Shown piece by piece: positions 1-9,237 of a DNA stretch of 64,000 nucleotides. Source of the DNA: Candidatus Woesearchaeota archaeon (GTDB taxonomy: Archaea; Nanobdellota; Nanobdellia; Woesearchaeales; SM23-78). Numbering within the stretch: the first letter of the stretch is position 1; the number at the start of each line of letters is the position of its first letter. The stretch spans positions 1,924 to 65,923 of the forward strand of contig JAFGDD010000014.1 of the NCBI GenBank assembly GCA_016932315.1, given 5' to 3'. The notes below the pieces were generated by a model. It did no database searches. It saw nothing but the letters and a program-made list of their open reading frames with translations, and was not told where the DNA came from. The translations under genes were made by a program, and so were the position numbers.

Positions 1-2
1 TA

Positions 3-746
3 AAAACAACGGAAGGAGTTTTAAGCTTTAACTCGTTTACATTAGATGACTATTTAAAAGAAAGAGTTGAACTAAACGAAAAAGAAATAAATTATCAAAA
101 TGCTAAAATAAAGATTAGAGAAAAAATTGCAGATGGAATTACCTTCATATACAAAGCAATTTTCAAGCCAAAAAAAACAGAAAACGAGGCTCTCTGCGAA
201 ATTATCAACAGGGAAAAAAACAAAAAAACACTTCTTGAAGAGGGGGCGGGAAATGACACTCTGTACCTTGATGTTCTTGGAAAAATAAAGCCAGAAAAAT
301 ATTATCGATCTGACGTTTCTGAAAATCAGTTAAATCAAGTGCAGGATTTGAGAGTTGAAAATATTATATATGATGGAATTCGACATGATATTGAAGACAA
401 CAGCATCGACATTGCTTTTTCTAAGTGCGTTCTGCACCACATAGATAATGGTTGTGAGGCAGGAAGAGAAAGGAATAGGATTGACTATCTCATAGAACAA
501 AAAAGAATTGTAAAAGAAGGAGGTAAAGTGATTACTGTCGATGTAAATGACCCTAGAAAAGGGAATTTAAAAGCTAAATTTTGGCACTACATCAAACATA
601 GGCTTATACTGGGAGAAGAAGAGCACAATTTTTTAGATGAGCAAAAAGCAGTATCCCTGTATCATAAAGCTGGCTTCAAGAATATAACGAACCAAAAGGT
701 TGAGACTTATAAAGGAACATATTTCATTGTTATAGGAGAAAAATAA
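3..746 (+). CDS. Class I SAM-dependent methyltransferase, 5'-truncated by window edge
   Basis: The frame of ORF 339..746 is open back to position 3. It has motif I LLEEGAGND, SIDIAFSKCVLHH and RIVKEGG. Confidence 0.85.
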   Translation, partial: KTTEGVLSFNSFTLDDYLKERVELNEKEINYQNAKIKIREKIADGITFIYKAIFKPKKTENEALCEIINREKNKKTLLEEGAGNDTLYLDVLGKIKPEKYYRSDVSENQLNQVQDLRVENIIYDGIRHDIEDNSIDIAFSKCVLHHIDNGCEAGRERNRIDYLIEQKRIVKEGGKVITVDVNDPRKGNLKAKFWHYIKHRLILGEEEHNFLDEQKAVSLYHKAGFKNITNQKVETYKGTYFIVIGEK

Positions 747-758
747 GGAGGGTTTAAA

Positions 759-1337
759 ATGGAAATAGAAATTCGGGCATTTATCAAAAACTTCAGTTCA
801 ATAAAAGCAAAACTAAAGAAGCTACGATGTAAGAGATTATCCAAAACAAGCATTATCGACATCTGGTTTTGTAAGCAAGAAGCCAAAAGCTTTAATGAAA
901 TAAAAATGGACTCTGTTGGTTCAACAGGAATAAGGATAAGAAAAGAAAATGGAAAGTTAGCAGAACTTAATGTTAAAACCATAACCAGAGTGAACGACCA
1001 CAATGTGTTTGAGGAGCTCCAAACAGATTTCAAGAATATTGAAGAAATGAAAAAAATACTTGGAAGGCTGGGATATAAGCCATTCTGTGTGATAAAGAAA
1101 AAAAGAGAAATTTTTCAGTTTGATGAAATGAAAATAAATCTTGAAGATATAAAAGGGTTCCCTCCTTGCCTCGAAGTTGAAATAATAGCTGAAAAAGAGT
1201 ACAATTCAAAATTAGATAAAATCAAAAAGCTCCTGTTGGATTTAGGTATAAGCGAGAAAGACCAGATTGAAAAAAGCATAACGGCACTTTATATGGAGAA
1301 ATACGCTTTCAAAACAGAAAAGGAATCTCAGAATTAA
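759..1337 (+). CDS. CYTH domain protein (class IV adenylate cyclase / triphosphate tunnel metalloenzyme)
   Basis: N-terminal EIEIR, IRIRK, IKKKREIF, INLEDIKG and LEVE motifs; GGAGG RBS. Confidence 0.85.
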   Translation: MEIEIRAFIKNFSSIKAKLKKLRCKRLSKTSIIDIWFCKQEAKSFNEIKMDSVGSTGIRIRKENGKLAELNVKTITRVNDHNVFEELQTDFKNIEEMKKILGRLGYKPFCVIKKKREIFQFDEMKINLEDIKGFPPCLEVEIIAEKEYNSKLDKIKKLLLDLGISEKDQIEKSITALYMEKYAFKTEKESQN

Positions 1338-1365
1338 CCTAAATAAATAACAGGACGGTGAAAGT

Positions 1366-2310
1366 ATGATGCAAACACAAATTAGCGAGAGCTATAAAGA
1401 AGTAAAAAATGACGTTAGCTCACAAACAGAAACTCCATTTCGTAACGCTTTGATTAGCTATCAAGCTACAAATCTTGATTTGATTATGACTCAAAGTGAA
1501 CTCATTCAATTCAAAGAACATCTTAAAGTTCACTGCAAAAGAAGAAATGATATTGCAGGAATCCTTGTCACAGGAAGCTTTGTTCAATGTGGCCCATCAC
1601 AAATAATTATTCCGCCAGTTAACTTTATTGGAAGTGCTGCAAAATATTATGAGATTTGCATGAGAAAAAAAAGAAAACCGGCACCTCACAAAAATTCAGA
1701 TCTTGATATATGGGTGTGCACTCGAGACTATAGCAAACAATCAAAATTAATAAAACAAGAAATCAATGCGAAAACTGCTTCGCTTCTTGAATGGTATGCG
1801 TCAGAACCTGAAGCCACGGCAGATGAATTTGATTATAGAACAAAGTTATACTTCGGACCATATTACAAGAACAGTGACCTGTACAGTCTTACCTGGAAAA
1901 GTGAGAACCCAACACCTTGGTTAGCAGAAGGGTTTAAGGAAGAATTCTCTGAAATACTGCAAAAATGCTCGCCACGAATCAAGGAAAAATTGCATTTAAA
2001 TGTTGATGGGAGATCATTAGATGAATTCATCGAATTAAGAGCATATCCTGAAAGCACCTTTAACCTAAAACCTCATCTGACAAAATGTTATTATGGAATA
2101 AGCAGAGAACCGTTTCCATATTTTATCAGGGATCTTGTAACTTTGGAAAGAAATTGCATGGTACTTTACGAACAGGAAGGAGGCAAGACCATCTATCCTT
2201 TCGATAAAGAAGGTTTAAAACTTGGAGAAGAAGTAGCGCAAAAAATAGGATGGGATAGACAAAAAGAAGAAATCCTATATCAAAAAAGGTTTATGGTGAA
2301 TATACAATGA
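1366..2310 (+). CDS. Pol-beta superfamily nucleotidyltransferase-like protein
   Basis: GILVTGSF and SDLDIWV motifs, separated by an unusually long insert. Confidence 0.65.
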   Translation: MMQTQISESYKEVKNDVSSQTETPFRNALISYQATNLDLIMTQSELIQFKEHLKVHCKRRNDIAGILVTGSFVQCGPSQIIIPPVNFIGSAAKYYEICMRKKRKPAPHKNSDLDIWVCTRDYSKQSKLIKQEINAKTASLLEWYASEPEATADEFDYRTKLYFGPYYKNSDLYSLTWKSENPTPWLAEGFKEEFSEILQKCSPRIKEKLHLNVDGRSLDEFIELRAYPESTFNLKPHLTKCYYGISREPFPYFIRDLVTLERNCMVLYEQEGGKTIYPFDKEGLKLGEEVAQKIGWDRQKEEILYQKRFMVNIQ

Positions 2311-2987
2311 ATCCGTTTGAAGAATACAAGTCAGTTTTTATATTTGAAGGAATAACAGGATGCGGTAAATCCACCCAAATCCCGAAGATCATTCATCATT
2401 TAGAAACAAAAGAAGAACTATTAGTAGGTATCGCGAATTCAGAAGCAGAAGCCTATTCTACATCTAAGGATTATAGACAATATCTTGCAAGGGTGAATAC
2501 GCCTCTAATCCCTTATGCTTTAATACATCAGTCAACCAACTATCTCAAAATAGAGTCAGTAAAAAAACCAGCAGATGTTTTGATAGTGGATAGATTTGTA
2601 TTGTCGGATCTAGTTTATCTTATCTCTCACTGTGAACTAAAAAAACAGCCAATAAATAAGGAAAAAGCAAGGGAACAGGTTTTGTTTCCATTAGGCATTG
2701 ATATTCTGAAGGACACTTATACTGTTTGCCTGGATGTCAACCCGGGAATTGTAAAAGGCAGAACACAATCTCGCATTCAAACAGATTCTTTTGGAAAAAC
2801 AAGGAAAGAGTTTGATTTTTCGCTTCAATCACATTCAAGAGAAAACTACTTAAAGGAGCTTAGAATAGCAAAGGAGAGAAACTTATTTGATTATACAATA
2901 ATTGATGCAAATGAATCTGAAGATGAAGTATTCAAAAAAATCATCTATCAAATTGAAGGAAGGCTAAATGACCGCTCACGACCCTAA
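2307..2987 (+). CDS. Thymidylate-kinase-like nucleoside monophosphate kinase
   Basis: FEGITGCGKST P-loop, IVDRF, IIDAN; ATGA overlap with the upstream gene. Confidence 0.8.
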   Translation: MNPFEEYKSVFIFEGITGCGKSTQIPKIIHHLETKEELLVGIANSEAEAYSTSKDYRQYLARVNTPLIPYALIHQSTNYLKIESVKKPADVLIVDRFVLSDLVYLISHCELKKQPINKEKAREQVLFPLGIDILKDTYTVCLDVNPGIVKGRTQSRIQTDSFGKTRKEFDFSLQSHSRENYLKELRIAKERNLFDYTIIDANESEDEVFKKIIYQIEGRLNDRSRP

Positions 2988-3053
2988 CAAAAAAATAGCT
3001 ATTATGAATGAAAATGATGAAAATGTCTGTCAATATTTAAAAGGTGAGATTCG

Positions 3054-3782
3054 ATGAATTCACATTTGGGTTTTAGCATAGGTGATATCAGGAGTTGGGA
3101 AAATTCGGCAAATCGCCAAGATTTGATAAAATACTTTAAAAATCTCCCGATCTCTGCAATAGAACTAACTTTTTCCAACAAAAATGATCTTTTTTCATTT
3201 AAATTAAACCCAAAAAATAAAGCTTGGCTTAAAAAATTACCTTATGTAAGCATTCACGCTCCATTTAATTTTATGGATGACTCGAGTAACAAAGCAGAAT
3301 TAACAAGACAACTAAAGCAAATAAATTTCATATACAATCAAGTGAATGCTAAAAATGTTGTTTTTCATCCCGGACAGGTTCCTCCAAAAAAATTATTGAA
3401 AAAATACCGGTTTAAAGCTTCTTTAGAAAACATGTCAAAATCCCATGGTTTCTCATTGAGAAAACTTTCCGAAATCATGAAAAAATATCCTGATCTTGGC
3501 TTTTGCCTTGATGTTGGCCATGCCTATCGGTATAGGCCTGATTATACTAAACTTATCCTTACTAAATTCAAAAAAAGATTATCGCAAATACACTTACATG
3601 GTGTGCGTAAAGGAAAAGACCATTTCCCTCTAAACCAAGGCTCAAAAAAATTCATGAAATCGCTTGAACCAATTCTCAAGGTTAACGTGCCGATAATAAT
3701 TGAATCTGATTTCAATAAAAAGGACATTAATCTCTTAAAGTCAGAGATACTTTTTATTCAAAATTATTTTGCGCTACCTTAA
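3054..3782 (+). CDS. TIM-barrel protein, AP endonuclease 2 / xylose-isomerase-like family
   Basis: SIHAPF, VFHPG, LENM, CLDVGHA, IHLH and DHFPL metal motifs. Confidence 0.8.
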   Translation: MNSHLGFSIGDIRSWENSANRQDLIKYFKNLPISAIELTFSNKNDLFSFKLNPKNKAWLKKLPYVSIHAPFNFMDDSSNKAELTRQLKQINFIYNQVNAKNVVFHPGQVPPKKLLKKYRFKASLENMSKSHGFSLRKLSEIMKKYPDLGFCLDVGHAYRYRPDYTKLILTKFKKRLSQIHLHGVRKGKDHFPLNQGSKKFMKSLEPILKVNVPIIIESDFNKKDINLLKSEILFIQNYFALP

Positions 3783-3861
3783 CAACATAAAAGAATGAAC
3801 TTGAATAAAGTTCATTAAGTCAATAAAAAAAATTTAAGTTTAGAAGCAAATTTTCAACAAC

Positions 3862-3869
3862 TTTATAAA
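3862..3869 (+). promoter_or_regulatory. TATA box of argS, probably giving a leaderless transcript
   Basis: TTTATAAA about 24 nt upstream of the ATG. Confidence 0.6.
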
Positions 3870-3892
3870 CTCTTTTTCTTTATTTCATTCCT

Positions 3893-5599
3893 ATGTTCAA
3901 GTTAGAGGTTGCTAAGCTCTTAGCCAAAGCTACGAGTCTGAAAGAATCCGAGATCGAGCCTCTCATAGAAGTGCCTCCTTCGCAGGAGCTTGGTGATTTT
4001 GCTTTTCCTTGCTTTATTCTTGCAAAGAGTTTGAAGAAGGCTCCGAATATTATTGCGCAGGAGCTTGCAAATAAAATCAAGCCTGATTCTAAGTCTTCTA
4101 TTTCAGATGTCAAGGCTGTCGGTGCTTATCTTAATTTCTTTGTTAACAAGAGCAAGCTGTCAGAAGGCGTTATCAAGGACATTATTAACTGCGGAGCTTG
4201 TTATGGCAGCTGGCCTTTGAGAAAAGAAAAGGTTATGGTTGAATATCCTGCTCCTAATACTAACAAGCCTCTTCATTTAGGCCATGTAAGGAATATTCTA
4301 TTAGGCAATTCTATCTGTAACATCCTGGCCTTTGCAGGCTTTCAAGTCATCCCTGTTGACCTGGTTAATGACAGAGGAGTTCATATTTGTAAGTCTATGC
4401 TGGCTTATCAAAAGTGGGGTAAGAACAAGGAGCCTGACAAGAAGTCTGATCATTTTGTAGGTGATTTTTATGTATTGTATTCCAAGGAGGAGAAAGAGCA
4501 TCCTGAGATGGAAGATGAAATCCAGGATTTGCTGAGAAAGTGGGAGGCTGGTGACAAGGAGACTGTTGCTTTGTGGAATAAGATGAGGAAGTGGTCTCTT
4601 GACGGCTTCAGGCAGACTTATGCGTTGTTTGATGTGCATCACAAAAAAGTTTATTATGAGTCTGAAATTTATCAGCACGGAAAAGAGCTTATCCTTGAAG
4701 GATTGAAAAAAGGATTGTTCAAGAAGGATGAGAAGGGCGCTGTTGTTGCTGACTTGGAAAAAGAAGGTTTAGGAACAAAGGTTCTTCTGAGAGAGGACGG
4801 AACAGGAATCTATATCACCCAGGACTTGTATCTTGCAAAATTAAAGTTTGATGAGTTCAAGATGGACAGCTCAGTATATGTTGTGGCCAACGAGCAAATA
4901 TATCATTTCAATGTTTTGTTCAAACTGCTTGACATGCTCGGATTTCCATTTGCAAAGAACTGCCACCACCTGGCTTACGGCATGATATCGCTGCCAGAAG
5001 GAAGGATGAAAAGCAGGGAAGGCACAGTTGTTGATGCTGATGATCTAGTCAAGGAAATGGAAGCTGAAGCAGAGGAAGAGATAAAGAAGCGACACAAGCT
5101 CGATGCAAATGAGGTGGAGAAAAGAAAAAAGATTATAGCAATGGGAGCATTAAAGTTCTTCATAATAAAATACGATCCAATGAAAGACTTCACCTATGAC
5201 CCTAAGGAGAGCATTAGCTTTGAGGGAGAGACCGGACCTTATGTGCAATATGCTCATGCAAGAATCTGCTCAATATTCAGGAATACTAAGAAGTTTGATG
5301 CTGAAAAAGCTGATAAGATAAAGCCTGAGTTCAGCCATGAATTAGAGTTCAAGCTGATAAAATTACTCGCTGATTTCAAGAACATAGTGAATGATGCTGC
5401 TGAGCAGTACAAGCCAAGCCTTGTTGCAAGATACGCTCTTGAGCTAGCCCAGGCTTTTAATGAGTTCTATCATGAATGCCCTGTATTGAAAGCAGATAAG
5501 AAATTAATGGAGTCAAGATTAGTGTTGATATTCTGCGTGAAGCAAGTATTAAAGAACTCTCTTGACTTGCTAGGAATAAAAGCACCGGAAGAGATGTAA
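3893..5599 (+). CDS. argS: Arginine--tRNA ligase
   Basis: PNTNKPLHLGH (HIGH), MKSREG, GPYVQYAHAR, C-terminal APEEM. Confidence 0.98.
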   Translation: MFKLEVAKLLAKATSLKESEIEPLIEVPPSQELGDFAFPCFILAKSLKKAPNIIAQELANKIKPDSKSSISDVKAVGAYLNFFVNKSKLSEGVIKDIINCGACYGSWPLRKEKVMVEYPAPNTNKPLHLGHVRNILLGNSICNILAFAGFQVIPVDLVNDRGVHICKSMLAYQKWGKNKEPDKKSDHFVGDFYVLYSKEEKEHPEMEDEIQDLLRKWEAGDKETVALWNKMRKWSLDGFRQTYALFDVHHKKVYYESEIYQHGKELILEGLKKGLFKKDEKGAVVADLEKEGLGTKVLLREDGTGIYITQDLYLAKLKFDEFKMDSSVYVVANEQIYHFNVLFKLLDMLGFPFAKNCHHLAYGMISLPEGRMKSREGTVVDADDLVKEMEAEAEEEIKKRHKLDANEVEKRKKIIAMGALKFFIIKYDPMKDFTYDPKESISFEGETGPYVQYAHARICSIFRNTKKFDAEKADKIKPEFSHELEFKLIKLLADFKNIVNDAAEQYKPSLVARYALELAQAFNEFYHECPVLKADKKLMESRLVLIFCVKQVLKNSLDLLGIKAPEEM

Positions 5600-5614
5600 A
5601 AAAAATGCAAAAAC

Positions 5615-5815
5615 TCATTCAGAAGCAGCTTTTGAAACATGAACTGCTCTTGCGCCCCTGTCGCCCTGCTCAACATCAAAGCTGACATCATCCTTATCCT
5701 TCAGGATAACCCCGGGGCTCAATCCCGATGTATGAACAAAATAATCCTTACCATCATCTCCTGTTATGAACCCGAAACCTTTGCTTGCATTAAAAAATTT
5801 TACTTTGCCGTTCAT
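5615..5815 (-). CDS. cspA: Cold-shock protein (CspA family)
   Basis: MNGKVKFFNASKGFGFI and YFVH RNP motifs; GGAGG RBS supports a start at 5815. Confidence 0.95.
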   Translation of the reverse strand: MNGKVKFFNASKGFGFITGDDGKDYFVHTSGLSPGVILKDKDDVSFDVEQGDRGARAVHVSKAASE

Positions 5816-5967
5816 TTTGAATCCTCCTTCTGAAACTTCTGAAACTTCTTCTGGCACGCAGCGCAATAATTAGTGATTCTCTCGCCCTTATTCAGCAAGA
5901 ACCTCTGGTGGCACTGCCTGCAATACTTTACCAGCCTGTAATTATTTGATGGTTTTAACCCTGCCAT
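5812..5967 (-). CDS. Small zinc-ribbon protein (51 aa)
   Basis: CRQC...CAAC; ATGA overlap with csp; TATA box upstream near 6046-6052. Confidence 0.7.
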   Translation of the reverse strand: MAGLKPSNNYRLVKYCRQCHQRFLLNKGERITNYCAACQKKFQKFQKEDSK

Positions 5968-6296
5968 GATTATATCCTTCAACAGAAAAAAGCACAAATC
6001 TTTATGAACAAGTTTTTCTGATAATACAAGGTAATGCAAACAACTATATAAAGGATTCTGTTTTTAAGGCATAACGACCTGTTTATGCGCAGGTTAATAG
6101 AGGGATTTCCCTTTCTGAACACAAAAAAAATTATTGCGACCTTTTCTTTTGGAAAGAAAAATTCGCGCTTAAGCGAATTTTTTTTCAAAAAATTGCGTGG
6201 AGTTTAAAGCCCTTAATTTAGGCGCAATTTTTTGTAAGAAAAGCTCGTTAAAAGAAAAAAAGATTTATTAACTCATGCCGGTTTTTTACATTTGTT

Positions 6297-6959
6297 ATGA
6301 AGCTTTCAAGCTATAAAGCCAAGATTCCTGAGAAAATCTATTCTGAGATAGAAAAACGAGGCTTTCTTGAGCTTCGCCCCTGCCAGGCCAAGAGCATCGA
6401 TGCAGGCCTTTTTGATGACAAGAACCTCTTGGTGTGCACGCCAACAGCATCTGGCAAGACTCTTGTGGCAGAGCTAGCTTTTCTTAATGCAATACTGCAT
6501 GACAAGGGCAAAGCAGTCTATGTTGTTCCTCTCCGTGCCCTGGCGAATGAGAAGTTCAAGACATTCAAGAAAGATTACCCAAACATTAAAACAGCAATCA
6601 GCTCTGGCGATATTGACAGCGCAGACTCATTCCTTGAAAGGTATGACTTAATTATTACGACGTCAGAGAAGTTTGACTCTTTAATCAGGCACAAGGCTCC
6701 CTGGCTGAGAGGAGTAAAAACAGTTATTATTGATGAAGTTCACTTACTAAATGATCCTGGCAGAGGACCAACGCTTGAAGTGCTCATCACAATTCTTCGT
6801 TCTGTTCTTAAGAACTTACAACTCATTGCACTATCTGCAACCATAGGCAATCCTAAGGAACTTGCAGAATGGTTAGAAGCAAAATTAGTCATTGATGACT
6901 GGCGGCCAGTAAGGCTTGACAAAGGAGTTTATCTTGACGGAGAAATTGAGTACAGGTAA
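6297..6959 (+). CDS. Ski2/Hel308-like helicase, N-terminal RecA domain only
   Basis: Q motif, PTASGKT, DEVH, LSAT, WRPV; then a stop at 220 aa. Confidence 0.85.
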   Translation: MKLSSYKAKIPEKIYSEIEKRGFLELRPCQAKSIDAGLFDDKNLLVCTPTASGKTLVAELAFLNAILHDKGKAVYVVPLRALANEKFKTFKKDYPNIKTAISSGDIDSADSFLERYDLIITTSEKFDSLIRHKAPWLRGVKTVIIDEVHLLNDPGRGPTLEVLITILRSVLKNLQLIALSATIGNPKELAEWLEAKLVIDDWRPVRLDKGVYLDGEIEYR

Positions 6960-7032
6960 AAAGCAATTATAATAACAAAATATAAAAATAAAATCAGATT
7001 CAGCAATTCTTAGAGGTGGGGGATGTGAGTTT

Positions 7033-8487
7033 ATGGGTGAAGCAGGAAAATCTACTGTTGGTATCGGATTGCAATATGGTGATGAAGGCAAAGGCAGAGT
7101 AACTGACACCCTGCTACCTGGCTATGGCGCCGTTGGCCAGTTCAATGGCGGCCCGAATCGCGGGCACACTGTCAATGAAGGAAATATTGAGGTTAAGCTT
7201 CACCACCTTCCCAGCGGCATATTCCACAAGAACATACTTCTTTACACCGGAAGCGGCTGCGTTATCAATCCTGTAAAATTAGTTGCAGAAGTAAAAGAAG
7301 TGGAATCCAAAGGGGTAAGCATTGATGGCAGGTTCTTTATTTCAGGCAATGTAAGCCTCATCCGGCCAGACCACTTAATATTTGATGAAATATATGGGCG
7401 TGATATCGGAAGCACCAGTAATGGCATTGGCCCAGCCTATGTTGACAGGGCCATGAGGGCAGTGGGCAAAGAGATAAAGAACATCAGACTGGGAGATTAC
7501 CTGTCAAACCCAGATAAATTCAAGCCGATTATTGCAATGAACCTTGAAAAAATAATCTGGGAGCATGACCTGGATAATCCTGAATCAGAACTTGCTAAAG
7601 AGCGTGAACTAATCAGGCAGCTTCTCGATGTTGAGAAAGTAGTTAATAAATTTCATGAAAACACTCTTGCTATTGAGAAGTATCTTTGCAAAGACCCAAT
7701 GATGATAACCAACCTTGTTGAAGGCGGGATGAATATCTTCTTTGAAGGATCCCAGTCTATAGGGCTTGATTGCACCACAGGAATGGTTCCTTATGTTACT
7801 TCAAGCAACACACTAGCAGGAGCAGCTTATTCTGGTGGAGACCTGCCCCCTGAGTATCATCACAAAATAATTGGAGTAGCCAAAGCTATTATGTCGAGAG
7901 TCGGGCATGGACCTTTTGTTTCTGAATTTGGAGTTGGAAAGTCAGAAGAATACTGGGCAGAAGGCTTGGGACGCGCCCATACCAAGGAAAAAGAGCTGGC
8001 TCAATGGAATCCTAATGAACTCATTAAATCAGATGATCCTTTTTACATAGGAATAGCCTTGCGCATGCTTCAAGGGGATGAGTACGGCGCCACAACCAAA
8101 AAGCCAAGAAGAATGGGCATGCTGGACTTGGTAATGCTTAGGCAGAACTGCAAGCTTAATGGAGTTGATGAGCTCTATATTAACAAGTTTGACTGCCTCA
8201 ACTTGTATTCAAGAACCAAGCTTCCCGGAATCCCAATGGTGATTGCGTATGAGCTGGACGGAAAACAAATTGATTACATGCCTTCATCTATGGAAGAACT
8301 AAGCAGGGTCAAGCCCGTAATCGAGTACCTGCCTTTTATCAAGAAGGATATATCTGAAATAAGGAAATATGAGAATATTAGCTCTGAAGCCAAAAATGCT
8401 ATCAAGTTCATTGAAGAACACGTTGGCACCCGGATATACGGCATCGGTGTTGGCCCAAAAAGAGAGCAGTTTATTATGATAAAATAA
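7033..8487 (+). CDS. purA: Adenylosuccinate synthetase
   Basis: GLQYGDEGKG, GHTV, GIGPAY, PYVTSS, EYGATT..PRR, GVGP. Confidence 0.93.
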   Translation: MGEAGKSTVGIGLQYGDEGKGRVTDTLLPGYGAVGQFNGGPNRGHTVNEGNIEVKLHHLPSGIFHKNILLYTGSGCVINPVKLVAEVKEVESKGVSIDGRFFISGNVSLIRPDHLIFDEIYGRDIGSTSNGIGPAYVDRAMRAVGKEIKNIRLGDYLSNPDKFKPIIAMNLEKIIWEHDLDNPESELAKERELIRQLLDVEKVVNKFHENTLAIEKYLCKDPMMITNLVEGGMNIFFEGSQSIGLDCTTGMVPYVTSSNTLAGAAYSGGDLPPEYHHKIIGVAKAIMSRVGHGPFVSEFGVGKSEEYWAEGLGRAHTKEKELAQWNPNELIKSDDPFYIGIALRMLQGDEYGATTKKPRRMGMLDLVMLRQNCKLNGVDELYINKFDCLNLYSRTKLPGIPMVIAYELDGKQIDYMPSSMEELSRVKPVIEYLPFIKKDISEIRKYENISSEAKNAIKFIEEHVGTRIYGIGVGPKREQFIMIK

Positions 8488-8523
8488 GAGTAACAGAGAA
8501 GAATAAAAGAATTATTAAACTTT

Positions 8524-9009
8524 TCATATCACACCCATAGCTGGCAGCACTCCAAGGATTATCTGTAGCAGTATGAAGAACATGTTTTTGAAAACATCTT
8601 TTCTCATGAGCTTTTTATCAGGGTAGACGTCCATGTAAGAGTAGATTATGCTCAACAACCAGCTGGTTATGAAGAATGCCATGGCTATTAGCGTGTTTAA
8701 GTAGATGGCTGCTATTATTCCGACTATATTCAGCAGGAAGGTGTAGCCGCTTAGGAAGGTTATCCAGCTAAGGAAATCCCATTCTTTTGAATGAGGCGCA
8801 TAGCTCAGTTTTGAGAATGACAATGCAGATGTTAGGAGTAAAGGTATTGCTAGTATGAGCTCTAATGCTATTATTTTCTTTTCCAGGAATATCTGCGGCC
8901 TGATGGTGATGATGAATATGAATATTGTAAACGCTACTCCTATAAGTCTGACAGTGATTGCTAGCTTGCTCGAGGATTTCCTCTTCTTGATCTCCTTATC
9001 CATAACCAT
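8524..9009 (-). CDS. Hypothetical multi-pass membrane protein
   Basis: About 5 hydrophobic segments. Confidence 0.75.
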   Translation of the reverse strand: MVMDKEIKKRKSSSKLAITVRLIGVAFTIFIFIITIRPQIFLEKKIIALELILAIPLLLTSALSFSKLSYAPHSKEWDFLSWITFLSGYTFLLNIVGIIAAIYLNTLIAMAFFITSWLLSIIYSYMDVYPDKKLMRKDVFKNMFFILLQIILGVLPAMGVI

Positions 9010-9065
9010 ATTATCATCGGTTATTAACTTGATTATTTAAACTTTTTCTCTAGCCATAAATTATT

Positions 9066-9237
9066 CAAAAAAAAAGTCGCCGCCACCAAACAAAAGCTCT
9101 GCTTTTGATGGTGCCAGAAATTTATAATTTCTGAGCACCCGCAACAGCACCGTAAAAAAATTTTGTTAAAAATTTTTAGGTGCTCGGTGGCTATGACTGG
9201 GGATGCGCCCTCCGGGCTGTCATAGACGACTTTTTGC
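9066..9237. repeat. Structured intergenic element, family A copy 1
   Basis: Terminal inverted repeats CAAAAAAAAAGTCG / CGACTTTTTG; homologous to 11972..12133. Confidence 0.75.

Noticed and set aside
7033-8487. Possible PurZ (2-aminoadenine synthesis) given several divergent motifs
   Set aside because: It retains the catalytic Asp in GDEGKG; PurZ/PurZ0 have Ser there. Called PurA.
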